Below, piece by piece: positions 38,765 through 51,826 of a stretch of 64,000 bases of DNA. Position 1 is the stretch's first letter. Each line of letters starts with the position of its first letter. A program made the position numbers and the translations under genes. The notes under the pieces are model-generated. The model did not search any database, was not told the origin of the DNA, and was given only the letters and a program-made list of their open reading frames with translations. Source of the DNA: Heptranchias perlo (taxonomy: Eukaryota); NCBI RefSeq assembly GCF_035084215.1, contig NC_090364.1, positions 8,308,001 through 8,372,000 of the forward strand, written 5' to 3'.

Positions 38765-39888
38765 CTGAAGAAAGAAAACAGTAAGATTTAGCAATAATGC
38801 TCAGCATTAGGGAGTTCTAACAAGATGAGATCCCAAACCCAGTTTTTTTTTACCCAATTTTGCTCTGAAGGCATTACTCTTGCTGGTATGTCACCCGTGA
38901 GTCTATTCTTTATGTGCAGGCTATTGGACCATGGAGAGCATCACAACTAATTCTGTCCTCATTTGGCATCCAGATGCATATCCAGTAGGGTTCAATGGAT
39001 AGCAGTCAAACTGGATGAATTTTCCCCTCCATATCACAAGGACAATGCCGCCAATTATAGCACTTGCACTGCTGCCTTAATGGGATCATCTAACAACCCC
39101 AGTTTGTTTGATGTGGCGATACTTGGGACAAGTTCTCCATTTACCTTTTGGTATTTTGCACCATTGTTCTTTGTCTGCTTGGACAGCAGAGAGGAATATG
39201 CAGTCTAATCCCAGGCTGCTGTCAACGCCCCCAGTAGAAACCTTTATAACAATGTGCTCAGCCCACACCTTGTGTACTGCGTCCAGTTCTGGTCACCAAG
39301 ACATAGGAGAGTCATTCAAAAATTGGAGGGTGCTCAAAGATAAGAAACAAGACTGATCCCTAGACTGAATTATGAAGAAACATGGGGCTTTGCAGCCTTA
39401 AAGAGAGGCTTCTGTCAAGTTGATCTTACAGAGGTGTATAAGATTTAAATAGTATGGAAAATTACATTAAATTAAATTGCGAGAATAGGTCAAGGGGGAC
39501 ACAGATTGAAATTAGTAAAGGGTAAATTTCGGACTGATATTAGGAATCACAGCGTGATCAATGTATGAGATGGACTTCCAGGAAGAGTAGTGGAGATGAA
39601 AATCCTGGAATCATTTAAGAACCAGTCGGATATTGTAAGATCATTCTGGATGGATGAGCTAAGGTAAGCCAAATGGTCTTCCTCATCTGTAATTATCTTT
39701 TGAGCGACAACATTTTCAACTGGATGACCAATTTTAACGTGTTCGACTATTGTTAGAAGATTCCCGAATCAGGGAACGCATTTGAAAGTTGCATTAGCCA
39801 CCCCCACCCCAACAACAGAACCATAATCCAGATATCCTGACCCTCCGCCAATAAGAGAAGCATAAACTTTCCCTTTGACAGTACTCAC

Positions 39889-40070
39889 TCTGCCACAATG
39901 CCCTTTCAGCGGTTTTCTGATACAAATCTACACATGCTCCCTTGGGCCATCTTCCTTTGCCTTTCTCTTTCATACGGCTCAGGCGACCGTCGGTCTCTCT
40001 CAGTCTGTACTTACAGAGTGCGTCCATCTCAACATCACGCTTCTTCATCCTGAAGGCTCCTTCCCCTCTC
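39889..40070 (-). CDS. KMT5C: KMT5C coding exon 7 (RRGEGAFR...KYRLRETDGRLSR...LWQ)
   Basis: cag|G ... A|gtgagt, 182 nt, phase 2->1. Conserved KY.LRETD.RL.R motif. Confidence 0.88.
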
Positions 40071-40356
40071 CTGGAAAGAGTAAAGATTAACTTTTTTTAA
40101 AAATGGGTTGTCATTAATGGATATCTGGTCATTCACAGCTGCCCAGCCCTCCCACATTTCTCCCTCCTCTCACAAAGGAGTTGACTCTTGCAAGTATATG
40201 ATTCAATGACTGCAGGCAGCCCTTCAATATACTGGCCAAACGCAAGCCTAAAATGTATGTGTCGGCAAGCCACTGCCTGTGATCATGACTTTCAACTAAA
40301 ATTTATGAACACTAAATTAGGAGGTCTGGGGAACCCAGGGTCATTTTATCCCTCAC

Positions 40357-40493
40357 CTTTCACAAGTGTAGCATTCGCACAGCTCGTTGTTTTCACCAAA
40401 AAAACTATCACCATAGTAACAGGTAATCTCATCTCCAGGCTCAATAACTCGAAGTACTTTGACACACGCCCTGTCGCCTTCGGTTGGAACAAA
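40357..40493 (-). CDS. KMT5C: KMT5C coding exon 6 ([28 protein letters not shown]...CECYTCE), SET/post-SET
   Basis: cag|TTT ... AG|gtgagg, 137 nt, phase 0->2. Post-SET CxCxxC zinc ligands. Confidence 0.97.
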
Positions 40494-40617
40494 CTGTGCA
40501 GGAAAAGAAAGAGAAATATGAGACGGATGTGAAACACAAAATGGCAGACCAGTTATGCAATGCACTGAAGTACCGATACCCCGTGTTACAGAGCAGTAGC
40601 TCTGTGCTGTGCGTTTC

Positions 40618-41033
40618 CACTCTTTTTCCCTGGAGAGTAGGAGGTTAAGGGGTGATCTTATAGAAGTCTATAAAATAATGAGGGGCATAGATAAGGTCGA
40701 TAGTCAAAATCTTTTCCCAAAGGTAGGGGAGTCTATAATGAGGGGGCATAGATTTAAGGTGAGAGGGGAGAGATACAAAAGGGTCCAGAGGGGCAATTTT
40801 TTCACTCAAAGGGTGGTGAGTGTCTGGAACGAGCTGCCAGAGGCAGTAGTAGAGGCGGGTACAATTTTGTCTTTTAAAAAGCATTTGGACAGTTACATGG
40901 GTAAGATGGGTATAGAGGGATATGGGCCAAGTTCAGGCAATTGGGACTAGCTTAGTGGTATAAACTGGGCGACATGGACATGTTGGGCCTAAGGCCTGTT
41001 TCCATGTTGTAAACTTCTATGATTCTATGATTC
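40618..41033 (+). mobile_element. Young CR1 3' fragment in a KMT5C intron
   Basis: Uninterrupted ORF2 C-terminus [18 protein letters not shown]...GIEGYGP, with (ttctatga)n tail. Confidence 0.92.
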
Positions 41034-42736
41034 TTAGCTGTGCTGTCTCTGGAATTCCCTCCCTAAACCTCTCTGCCTCTCTCTCCTCTTTTAAGATGCT
41101 CCTTAAAACGTACCCCTTTGACCAAGGGTGGCGGAGAGGACCCAGGGGCTGAGTGGCCGGGTCCTGCTCCTACTTCTTGTGTTCTTTAGATTTGTGGTTG
41201 GGATCAGATCAGCCATGATCTTATTGAATGGCGGAGCAGGCTCGAGGGGCCGATTGGCCTACTCCTGCTCCTATTTCTTATGTTCTTATGTTCTTATGTT
41301 CTTGTCACCTGCCCTAATATCTCCATATATAGCTCGGTGTCAAATTTTGTTTGATATCGTTCCTGTGAAACGCCTTGGGGACGTTTTACTACATTAAAAG
41401 TGCTGTATAAATGAAAGTTGTTGTTGTCGTCATGAGGAAGTGTGAAAGGTCAAGCCATTTTTCCACAGAGGGAAGGCTACTTTCACCCACCTCCTGGTTT
41501 CACAGCTGCTTTAGCAAGACCAGGTACCCCACTTGCCCTCCAGCCTGGCCAACTACTCTGTTTTACATCAGTCTGGTTTCGGATCTGGCCGCTCACTGAA
41601 CCACAAAAGCCTGGTTTTCGACCCAGTTTAAAATGTAAATACACCGGTGAATTGATGCACATCAGCAGAGGTCGGAAGAAAAGCAATTAGCTTTCTAAAC
41701 ATACCCATCTCCCATCACAGTCCCCACCTCCACAGCACAATGACTGGTCCACAGTGTCAATATGTTTGTAATCTCCCAACCCCTGCTCCATGTCTGGATT
41801 TTGGACTCGGCAAATAGTGACAGTCCTACTGCCCACTGAGCCACTGATATCCCTTCAGGTCCCAGTCCCAAGAAAGGGAACAGGGAGAAAGAAAACATTT
41901 AAGGGAATAGTTCACTGACAATTAAAAGTTACCTGAATTGTGAGAAAAGGCACTGTCTGGTGTAATACTGAACCATATAGAGCAGGAAGGTTCCAGGGAT
42001 TGATCCCCATCCTGTATTAAGTTAGCACATCTCAGTCACGGAGGCAATTAGGGCACTTTAATTGGCCTATGGGCTATGTGGGGGTGGGGTAGGACCTAAT
42101 TACAAGTGCATGTGTACGAACATCAAGTGAGCATAGAAAAGCTATTTACCTCCTTGGAACGTGCCAAAACATAGTCGATGAATTACTTTTGAAGTGAAGT
42201 CCCCATTCTTTTGAAGCCAAACATGGCAACCAATTTCCCAAACAAGTTCCCAAAAACAGCAAGTGAGATGAACGACCAGTGACTCGGTTTTGGTGGTGCT
42301 GGTTGAGGAATGAATGTTGACCGGGAGACCCGGAGAACCCTTTTTTTGAATGGTGCCGTGAGAACTTTTATGTCCACCTGATCAGGCAGACAGAACGGCT
42401 TTGTTTAACGTCTCATCCATACAATGAACCTCCAACAGTGTGGTGCTCCCTCAGTACTGCCCTGAAGTGTCAGCCTAGAATATGTGCTCAAGACTGTTGC
42501 AGGACTGAACTCAGAATCTGCTGATTCAGAGCCAAGCTGACACTCCGTCATGATTTGGCATTTTCATGAGAGGAGGGGAGGGGGAAAAAAAGTGAGTAAA
42601 ATTTTAAATAATGTGAATTTTGGAAGTTTTGAACCTAACACTGGAAGTCACAGGGCAAGCTCCTGGGTCAACATGAGGCAACTGCTACTACAATATAAAA
42701 CCAGCTGAGAAAGCATAAAAATGGTCGCTCTCTTAC

Positions 42737-42756
42737 CTTACAGTTTGGTCTGCAGT
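42737..42756 (-). CDS. KMT5C: KMT5C 20-nt microexon (DCRPNCK)
   Basis: Long pyrimidine tract, gaag|AC ... AAG|gtaaga. Required to complete NH-DCRPNCK-F and to keep frame. Confidence 0.93.
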
Positions 42757-43770
42757 CTTCAGGACACAGAGAGAAAAGAGAAATACTATTATTACAATTA
42801 ACTTTATTCAAACATGCACCTTGCAAAAAAAAAAGTACAAACTTTTGAGGAACAATATCTTCAGGAATATCTGACTTGCAAATAATAAATTTCTGTTGAC
42901 CCCGATGACACATGCACTGTAAAGTCTGTTTAGAATAATAACAGCAACAGAACCAAGTTTACCATTTTCATACAGTAAACCTTGATTTGGAACAGTGTTG
43001 GCTGCAAAATCCATTCTATTAGTGTAAAGGACTTTGATATTAATGAGCTGGAAGATGGATAGGCTAAAGGATACAAGACAAATAAATCCCCAGGGATAGA
43101 TGATATTTATCCCAGAGTGCTGAGAGAGGCTAGGGCAGGAGATCGGAGAGGCATTGACGATCATTAGGAGGGAGTTAAGAGACACTGGAGAGGTACCAGT
43201 AGACTGGAAACATGCTAATGCAATGCCCATATTCATAGAGGGAGACAAAGCCGGCAACGATAGACCCATTAATATTACTTCTATACCATGTACAATAGTG
43301 GAATTGATTATTGGGAGTAAACTTGAGGGTAATCCGTACAATAATAAGCAAAGAGAACCCAAAGGCTGAACACCAGTGTCATGGCTGCGTGGTCCATTAG
43401 GGCCAAGAGCATCTAGAGGAGCTTTGAGGTGTCGTGCTGGGTCACCAGCTGACATCGAGGTATTTCGGGATCAGCTGGCTCTGGGTTGGCTCCTAGGCCG
43501 GCCCTAAAGCTGTGGCCTCACGGTTTCCAATGGAGCCACTTCAGAGCACTGAGGACATTCCCTGTCACTGACACGTCACAGAGCAGCCGAGCAGGGGCGT
43601 CCGACCTGGCAGCTCTCCCCAAGACAATTTACATCTTAAAAAAAAATGTAAATGTAAATGATGATGTCTCAAAGTGTATGATTATATAAAATAAAACGGG
43701 TGAATATTTTCCACATAAAGTACCTCCCCTCTGATTTCCCTTCCCTTTTAAAGGTTGGTTATCCACATAC

Positions 43771-43934
43771 CGTGGTTGATGAAGGAAGCAGGCCCCAGCC
43801 AGAGCTGAGCACATTTTTTGCGGGTTGAGTACATTACACTGAAGTCATTCTCCCCTGGACGCAGGAGGGATTCCTCCTCTTCAGAAAGTTCTGCCAAGCA
43901 GCCAACAAGCAGCTCGATCTTATCATTCTCCTTC
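43771..43934 (-). CDS. KMT5C: KMT5C coding exon 4 ([13 protein letters not shown]...[26 protein letters not shown])
   Basis: cag|G ... G|gtatgt, 164 nt, phase 2->1. SUV420 SET signature. Confidence 0.97.
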
Positions 43935-44014
43935 CTGTTCAATATGAACCAAATTGCTGATTAAACCGGTGGGGGAAAAAAGAGAAAGTCGATTGAAGAC
44001 ATTACCACGCGACC

Positions 44015-44370
44015 CCAATGGCTCGATTTGTAAACGCACTTTTGTGTAGAAGTGAGCCATACAGACCAGGACGATCCCAAATTCGATCCACAGACTTTGT
44101 TGTGATAGCTTAACCCATCCAGGGATGCAGCAAGGGCCCGACAATTGGCCTCTTCACCCCGGGGTTAGAGAGGGGAAACATAAAACACAGTCAGGGTTCC
44201 TGTTTTGCCTGCTGGAAAGCACAATAATGTGCGGATGTCAAGCGCAAACTGGATAGGGTTTGGCTCTGATGCCTCCCAAGGTTGAATAGCCTGTCAAAAC
44301 GCACTGGCTAGGCTGACATGCCATGGAACCATATCATATCCTGGTCCGAGTCTCCAGGAGAGAAGGGAAT
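44015..44370 (+). mobile_element. LF-SINE-like element
   Basis: tgagccatacagaccagg...caattggcctc...gaatagcctg...tccaggagagaagg. Confidence 0.65.
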
Positions 44371-45162
44371 TAAGTCATTCCATAACTCTAGACCCAGAAG
44401 AAGGCTGCTTTTACATATTTAACCTGATAGTTTTTCAGCCTATGGGCCACTGGATTCCCGAACTTGCTTCAGGACCTCTGCAGCCAGCAGCTAGGTGTGG
44501 AAAAGCAGTCTAGGGGTAATTTGCTCTTCCTCCAGAGGTGCGCCTTTGTTGCCACTTGGAAGTTTCCTCAGTGAGGTCTAGCTGACATGGTGCCCCAAGG
44601 AAGCAATCAAGCAAAATTAACTTGCAGTTATCACTCAGAGGTACAAGAGGGTTGAAATGGGATGTGAAATACATGCAGCACTGTGTTGGCTTACGGTGGT
44701 CTCTTTATCTTTTGAAAAGGGGAACCAAAAAAATTATAGTCCCCACCACTTACATCGACTGTGCTTATCTCGGGCAGTCACCTATATCGGGCAAATGACA
44801 CTAACCATTTGTCATTACCATTGAATTCAATTACAAAGGTGCTGCTTATAACACATTAAGCGGGCGGGCCATTTCGGGCAATTCAAAAAGATTATCGCAC
44901 CTCGTTAAAGTTACTATTCAGTACTGCACTGAACTATCAGCCTGGGCGATGTGCTCAAGTCCTGGAGTGGGGCTTGAACCAATGATCTTCTGACTCAGAA
45001 GCAAGTGTGTTACCAACTGAGCCAAGCTGACACATTTATCACATTAGTCTGGCTGGACTTCAACCCAAGTTACAGAAGAGAAAGGCCAGCATCTAATCCC
45101 ATTACACCATCTGCTCCTCCACTTTTATCATGTTAAAGACAAAGAAACATGAAGCAGCATAC

Positions 45163-45272
45163 CACTTTCTCAAGGACACAATCTTGGCTCCGTTGGATTC
45201 TGAAGAATATCGATTACACGGTAGAATTTCAAAGCCACTTTCAGGTAGGAATATTCGAAGGTAACGGAATAC
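45163..45272 (-). CDS. KMT5C: KMT5C coding exon 3 ([36 protein letters not shown])
   Basis: Read by hand: tag|GTA ... TG|gtatgc, 110 nt, phase 0->2. Start of the SET domain. Confidence 0.95.
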
Positions 45273-45929
45273 CTAAATCAAGGTCAGAAATCCAGGACTT
45301 TAACCAAGAAATAAACTATTCTGCAAAAGAATTTGCACAGAAAATTCTACTTGTGTCAGTGTGACTGTAGAGCATGTTAACCGGATTACAAAACTAAAAA
45401 CAAGATTTTTAAAAAATACCGATTTAAATTTACAATGAATAAAACAATTTGGTTTGTAAAAGGCACCGTCCAGTGCAGCACTCACCTGAACAGACAAGGA
45501 GGTCCCAGTCTGCACTAAAGCAAATACAACTGATATCAGTGCCTTAGACTGGGCGAGGGGGAAATCAGAGAGGCTGCCTGATCCCTAACCAATGAATCCT
45601 GCTGGTGTGTGGATGTTGACCGAGGACAAAATCGGGCTAGACTGTGATGCCAATGATGGGGTTGTCTGACAATCTTTATTTCTGGGATGGAATAGCTGTT
45701 TGGATAAGGCACCAGAGGGCTGCCAGTGTCTTTGGAGCAGTACTCCAGTATATAACAGTGCCTTATGGACAGCGGAACAAAATGGAACAATTTAGAAATA
45801 CATCATTTAGAATGGATACACTCCAGCTAGATGCTTTATAACAGTTTCTGCACATCATATAAAATGCACATTTCAGTAGAGGGTACTGTCCAAGGGACAT
45901 GTTATATAGTTCTAGCAATTAAATGCACC

Positions 45930-46255
45930 ACAAGGTGTGGGACTGAGGCATACAAACCAGCTGGGGCTGTGGCAGGGCTCCACAGTTGGCCTCAGCACTC
46001 CTGGGTTAATGAGGGAAGAGAGAGAAAAAAAAATCAGCCAGGGTTTCACTGCTGCCTATCCATGATCTGTACTGCAAAATGCATGTCTGGACGTTGGATG
46101 AAGATGGGATGGAGTGCGACCGTGATGACCCCCACAGCTGAATAGCCTACAACATTCCATCTGGGCTCATGCACGAAGAATGGGCACTTGGGCAAGGGCC
46201 ACCAACATCCATGGAACCGTACCCCAGCAAGACTCAGTGCCTTCAGGAAAGGGAG
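45930..46255 (+). mobile_element. LF-SINE-like element
   Basis: ttggcctcagcactcctggg...aaaatcagccagggtt...catggaaccgtaccccagcaagactcagtgccttcagga. Confidence 0.7.
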
Positions 46256-46291
46256 AAAACTGGCAAACAAACGATCCACCTGCTCACTCAC

Positions 46292-46457
46292 CTGAGCTTT
46301 GAATATTTCTTCTTCAAGAGGTGTTTTGTGCAGGAAGTAATGCCAGGCCCAGTCTCCTAATGTCAAGGCCCGATACACAGTCTCCAAGTCTCGTGACTTA
46401 AGAAACTTTTGTAGAATGTCCCTGAGGTATTGGTGTCTCCTTACAACGGGTCGATTG
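46292..46457 (-). CDS. KMT5C: KMT5C coding exon 2 (SNRPVVRRHQYLR...EEIFKAQ)
   Basis: cag|C ... CAG|gtgagt, 166 nt, phase 2->0. Contains YRALTLGDW. Confidence 0.93.
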
Positions 46458-48264
46458 CTGGAATTTAAAAAAAAAACACAGAACCATAGGAAATAAGACA
46501 CATCACTCCAGACCCAAGTTGAACAGGAACAAAAAAATACACAGAAGTTCTGTGCAACTTTGTATCCTCAAAGGCCTAGTGGTCAGCAACTAAAATATAG
46601 TCTCACCAAAAGGAAGTTAACAGCCAGCGATAAGCCACTAAAGAAAAGAACTTGCATTTATATAACGACCTGCAAAGCCTCAGGGTGTACCAAGGCATCT
46701 GAAGTGTAGTCACCATTGTAAAGTAGGAAACGCAGCAGCCAATTTGCGCACAGCAAGGGCCCACAAAGAGCAAGGAGATAGATGACGGCATAATCTATTT
46801 TAATAATGGTGGTTGAGGGATAAATTTTGGCCAAGACAATGGGAAATCCCCCATCATAGGAGCAGTGGATGTGTGCAGGGATGTAATCTTGGAGATCGCT
46901 GAGGCACAGACTGCTAGTTGGGCTTGGCACAGACGCGGGTAATGGGAGGCTGAGACTTTGTATGGGTGAGGACGCGGGCCATGCCATTCTGAATGAATTT
47001 TAACTTGTGGAGAGTATAGACCAGGTAGGAGGGCATTAGAGAAATTGAGTCTCAAGATGATAATGGACTGGGGTATTGGCAACGGTGGGGAATTGGCAAC
47101 GGTGGGGAATGGGGGAGGGGTTACAGAGGTGGAAGAAAACTGTCTTGGTAATGGAACAGATGGGGGAATAAAGCCTCACTCGGGGTTCTAATCTACCTCC
47201 ACACACAGCCTAAAGAGGCAGCCAGGGAGGCTGATGGAGTGCCAGAGGCAGACAGGTGTTTAAAGTGATGGCTTCGGTTTTTGCCGACAAATATGAAGGA
47301 AATTTCGGCTCATCCAAGTCTTAATGTTAGACAGGTAGCTGTGTAGCAAACATCTTGGGGTCAATGAAGAAAAGGGAAAGTCAGACGTCATAGTGTACAT
47401 GTGCAAGCCCCATGCTTCCGGACGGTTTTACCAGGGGTAGCGTATAAATCACGGAACGGGAAATGTTTAGGGAGCAGGTGGTGTAAACAGACAAGATGAA
47501 TGTAATGAAGGCTGGAGGGAAATGGAGCAGGTACGGGCTCGGTTAGGAAAAGGGTAGGAAGGGCAGAAAGGAAAGCTGGAAATTGGGCGGGGACGAGGAG
47601 GACAACAGGGCAGGAGAAGTGGAGGAAATGGGTACAGGAGAACAGAGGAAATGGGGACAGGAGAAACGCAGAAGGCATCAGGAGAAGAAGGTGAAAGAGA
47701 CAGAGGAAGCAGTGTGGATAGTCTAGACTTTGCACATAAACGTTCATGAGTTTCTCATGTTTCAATCCAAACTGAGCCTGGAGCACATCTGTGCTCGCCA
47801 AGTGTTTTAAATTTGAAAAAAAAAACTTTTTCATGCCAAGCCATTTAAATGGTTTAATAGCCTCTTTGTCAGACCCCTGCAGTTCAAAGTCAATTTTGGT
47901 TATGTTAAATATTGAATGGGGTGGCTTCTAGATTAAAGCAGCCATTTTTGAAGAAAAGCAGCTTCCATTCTTGGAACTTCTACTGGACACATCTTTGCTC
48001 ACTAGATAATCCCTGTTTGTGCTCACTAGAAATTATTTCATCTGTGTTCTTGGTCTCCAGATGCATGGAAGTCATTCGGATTTTATTGTCCTCCCTTCCT
48101 GGGCCACGGGTGGTGAGGCCAAATCTACCTACCCCAGTTGCTATTCTGTCTAAGATGAGCCAACTCAGTACAGACTGGGGTTGAATCTGGGAATCTACAC
48201 ATCTGCATGGCTCAGGAACACATAAGACTGTATTTACCAATAAGGTGATATTGGGGGGGGGCAT

Positions 48265-48610
48265 TGGAACATAGGAAAAGGAGGCCATTCAGGCCCTTAA
48301 GCCTGTTCTGCCATTCAATTAGATAATGACTGATCTGTATCTTAACTCCATCCACCTTGGTTCTGTAACCCTTAATACCCTTGCCTAACAAAAATCTGTC
48401 AACCTCAGTTTTGACGGTTTCAACTGACCCCCAGCCTTAACAGCTTTTTGGGGGGACAGAGTTCCAGATTTCCACTACCCTTTGTGTGAAGAAGTGCTTC
48501 CTGACATCACCCCTGAAGGGCCTAGCTCTAATTTTAAGGTTATGCCCCCTTGTTCTGGACTCTCCCACCAGAGGAAATAGTTTCTCTCTATCTACCCTAT
48601 CAAACCCTAT
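48265..48610 (-). mobile_element. CR1 LINE 3' fragment
   Basis: GFDRVDREKLFPLVGESRTRGHNLKI...FFTQRVVEIWNS. Confidence 0.9.
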
Positions 48611-48725
48611 AATTAGCACAGGCAATTTAAATGTTTCCAGTGGAGGTTTGGATGACTGAGCTCGATCAGATTGGCTACAGCTAAGCAGAAGAAAAGCAAC
48701 GGACTGATTTGTTGAAGGTTTTTAC

Positions 48726-48835
48726 CTGATGTTCATCTTGTGGGTTTGAAAGCCCAAGTAAGGGTCCAGCACCAGGCTTGTTGCAAGATCATCGTATTCA
48801 CAGAGATCTCTAGCTGTCACGCGTATGGATTCCAT
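48726..48835 (-). CDS. KMT5C: KMT5C coding exon 1 ([36 protein letters not shown])
   Basis: Read by hand: ATG at 48835, AG|gtaaa donor, 110 nt. Matches the human KMT5C start [35 protein letters not shown] and lacks the long KMT5B N-terminus. Confidence 0.93.
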
Positions 48836-49494
48836 GTCCTGCAATCACCATACTGTTGTTTACTGCATTTAGAAAGAACACATCAGAATAAACAACCACA
48901 CAAAGTAATGACAACATGCTACAGCCTTATAATTAGGGCTGTAATGCAATCCAGATCTTCAAAGCTCTCTTTCTTTCCACCAGGCGCAGAAAGTCAAAAA
49001 TGTTCAGCTTCAAAGCTCTAATCTGACCGATGCTGCAAATTCTTATAACTCCTTGTCACACAATACAAACAAACTGTGGTCAACAGTTGTACAGAGCTTT
49101 CTCGAAGCCTCGGTAAGTACACAGCCTGGTGCAGCACTCCTGAGCCGTGCAGAATGCAAGGCCCCAGGCTCACTTCCCATTCTGTGCTGAGTTAATGGAT
49201 CACAGCTAGGATAGCAGGTTTGGCGCTACAATTAGCCTCAGTGCTCCTGGCTTAAGGAGGGGGGCTCAGTCAGTCAGAGTCCTTGCTCTTGATTGCTATG
49301 TGTGCATGTATATTGAGGAGGACTCAATTAGGTTTGGTTGCGATGCTCCCAGTGGTCAAATAGCCCATCAAAATCATGGCTGAGCTATGAATAATTCGCA
49401 ATAGCCAATTGGATGACATACTGGAGGGTGCTTTACTTTTAAGGCCAACATTTTCTAGCACCTTATAGGTGAGCCAGAGGCCAGAGGCCAGTTT

Positions 49495-50063
49495 CATAGA
49501 ATATCAGCACAGAAACTGGCTATTTGGACCTACGCCTGTGCTTATACTCCACGAATCTCCTCCCTCCTTACCTCATCCAACCCCATCAGTATAACCTTCT
49601 ATTCCTTTCTTCCTCATGTATTTATCTAGCTTCCCCTTAAATGCATCTACGCTATTCGCCTCAAATACTCTATGTGGTAGCAAATTCCACATTCTTACCA
49701 CTCTCTGGGTAAAGCAGTTTCTCCTGAATTCCTTATTGGATTTATTAGTGACTCTCTCATATCTACCACCCCTAGTTTTGGATTCCTTCACAAGCAGAAG
49801 CATCTTCTCTATGTCGACTCTATCAACCATCTTCATAATTTTAAAGACCTCTATCAGGTCACCCCTCAGCCTTCTCTTTTCTAGAGAAAAGAGCCCCAGC
49901 CTGTTCAGTCTTTTCTGATAGTTATAACTGCTCAGTTCTGGTACCATCCTTGTAAATCTTTTTTGCACCATCTCCAGTGCCTCTATATCCTTTTTGTAAT
50001 ATGAAGACCAGAACTGTGCACAGTACCCCAAGTGTGGTCTAACCAAGGTTCTGTACAAGTTTT
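49495..50063 (-). mobile_element. CR1 LINE 3' fragment
   Basis: 166-aa ORF LYRTLVRPHLGYCAQFW...[13 protein letters not shown]. Confidence 0.92.
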
Positions 50064-51826
50064 CAGAGATCAAATTGTGGTATTCGAGCAGGCAAGGGGA
50101 AAGCAGAGAGACTCTGGCACGAGCCCAAACTCTCGTGGAGCATTAAACATCGGCACAAAACTTTTCAATGCAGTCTACATTTTTCTGTTGAAGATACCAA
50201 TTTGTGCAGGATGATGATACCAGCACCGGAGGGTGCCAGCAACCCTCTAATACTTCACCTAAGTGGCCGTTTCTCATTTCCGAGCCTCGACCTTGAGTGT
50301 TGTCAGACTATTTGACTGTGGAGGGCATTGCAGGTGACCCTGATCAGGTCTGCAGCCGATGCTAACATAGCTGCACTTTTCAGTGACTGGATTACGAGTG
50401 CAAACTCCGGACAATTTTCCCTGCCCAAGTCCGTGGTGCTAAGCTCCACTTATATTATCTGTACCAGCTAGTTAAACACAGACCAGTGATTGAACTGGTT
50501 TATATCACTTAGTAGCTCACAGCCACAAAACCATTAGGGCAATCCTGTGGTTTCCTTCTTAACACTGTGCCTCTTAAAAGTTATTTTGTCCAAAGAAAAT
50601 TAGTCCTTTCAACAGGACAGCGATTGGAGCAATACAGCTGGTCTCAGGACCCTTAGGGAGCGGGTGCTCCCATACTTGAGACTATCCAGCAACAACTTAC
50701 ATTTATATGGTGCTTTTAATGTAGAAAAGCGTCTCGAGGCGCTTCACAGAGTCGTGCGGTACACGACAATGTGTCAAAGAGGGAAAGATTAGGAGGGGTG
50801 ACCAAAAGCTTGGTCAAAGGGGAGGGTTTTAACAAGAGTCTTAAACAAGGAGATAGGCAGAGGGGGGGTTCAGGGAGGGAAATTCCAGTCAGTGGGGCCT
50901 AGGTAGTTGAAGGGATGGCCACCAATGGTGGGAATGGGGCGCGGGGGAAGGATGCATAAGAGGCTGGAGTTAGAGGAATGACTTCAGGGGGGATTGTAAG
51001 GCTAGAAGAAGTTATATAGGGGGAGGTCATGGAGGGATTAATAAACAAGGACAGAAATGTTAAATTTGAGGTACTGAAGCTCTTTGAACCGGTGTAGATC
51101 AGCGTGGATGTGGCAATGGGCAAGTGGGGCTTGGTGTGATGTAGTTGAGGTGAATACCATAGATGCCTTTAAGGGGAAGCTAGATAAGTACATGCAGGAG
51201 AAAGGAATAGAAGGATTATGCAGAATTGGGAGTTAAGTCAGGTGGGGAGGAGGCTCGCGTGGAGCTTAAACACCGGCATGGACCTGTTGGGCCGAATGGC
51301 CTGTTTCTGTGCTATAAATTCTATGAAACTGGCCTCTGGCTCACCTATAAGGCGCGAGGCGGACGGGCCAAGGCAGGGGGCTCCGGCCGGAAGATGCGGG
51401 CGTGCCTGTTACACTCCCCTACACCTGAGCAGCCCGCTGTCACTCGCTGTCCAGGCTCACAGATGGAGAAGGGCCACTCACCATGGGATATCGGGATGAA
51501 GGGGGTGACCAGCACCCCTGAAACCGCATCCAGCAGAGAACAGCGGCCCTCAGCGGAGAAAACTGGAGTAGGGGGGAAAAAAATACAAATCACAAAAATT
51601 AGCAGCTGTGATAATCTCCAATAACTCAACAAGGAATTAAGCAGTAAGTGTAAAAAGGGCTGATATTGAGGGACATTTACAGTATGTTTGTAAACAAAGA
51701 GCAATAGCTTAGATTTCCATTTTTAGGATCTGAAATTATTTTTTAAATGTCTAGAACATCCCAAACCTACTTTTGACGTTTTAAATGTTAATATTTTTTT
51801 TTAAGAAATGATCCCGCAAAGCTTAC

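Noticed and set aside
37120-38791. Plus-strand ORFs overlapping the last KMT5C exon
   Set aside because: Antisense shadows of the real coding exon.
42808-43455. 215-aa minus-strand ORF
   Set aside because: Largely the antisense reading of an old CR1 fragment (~43040-43330, VPVDWKHANAMPIF...NDRPINITS on the plus strand).
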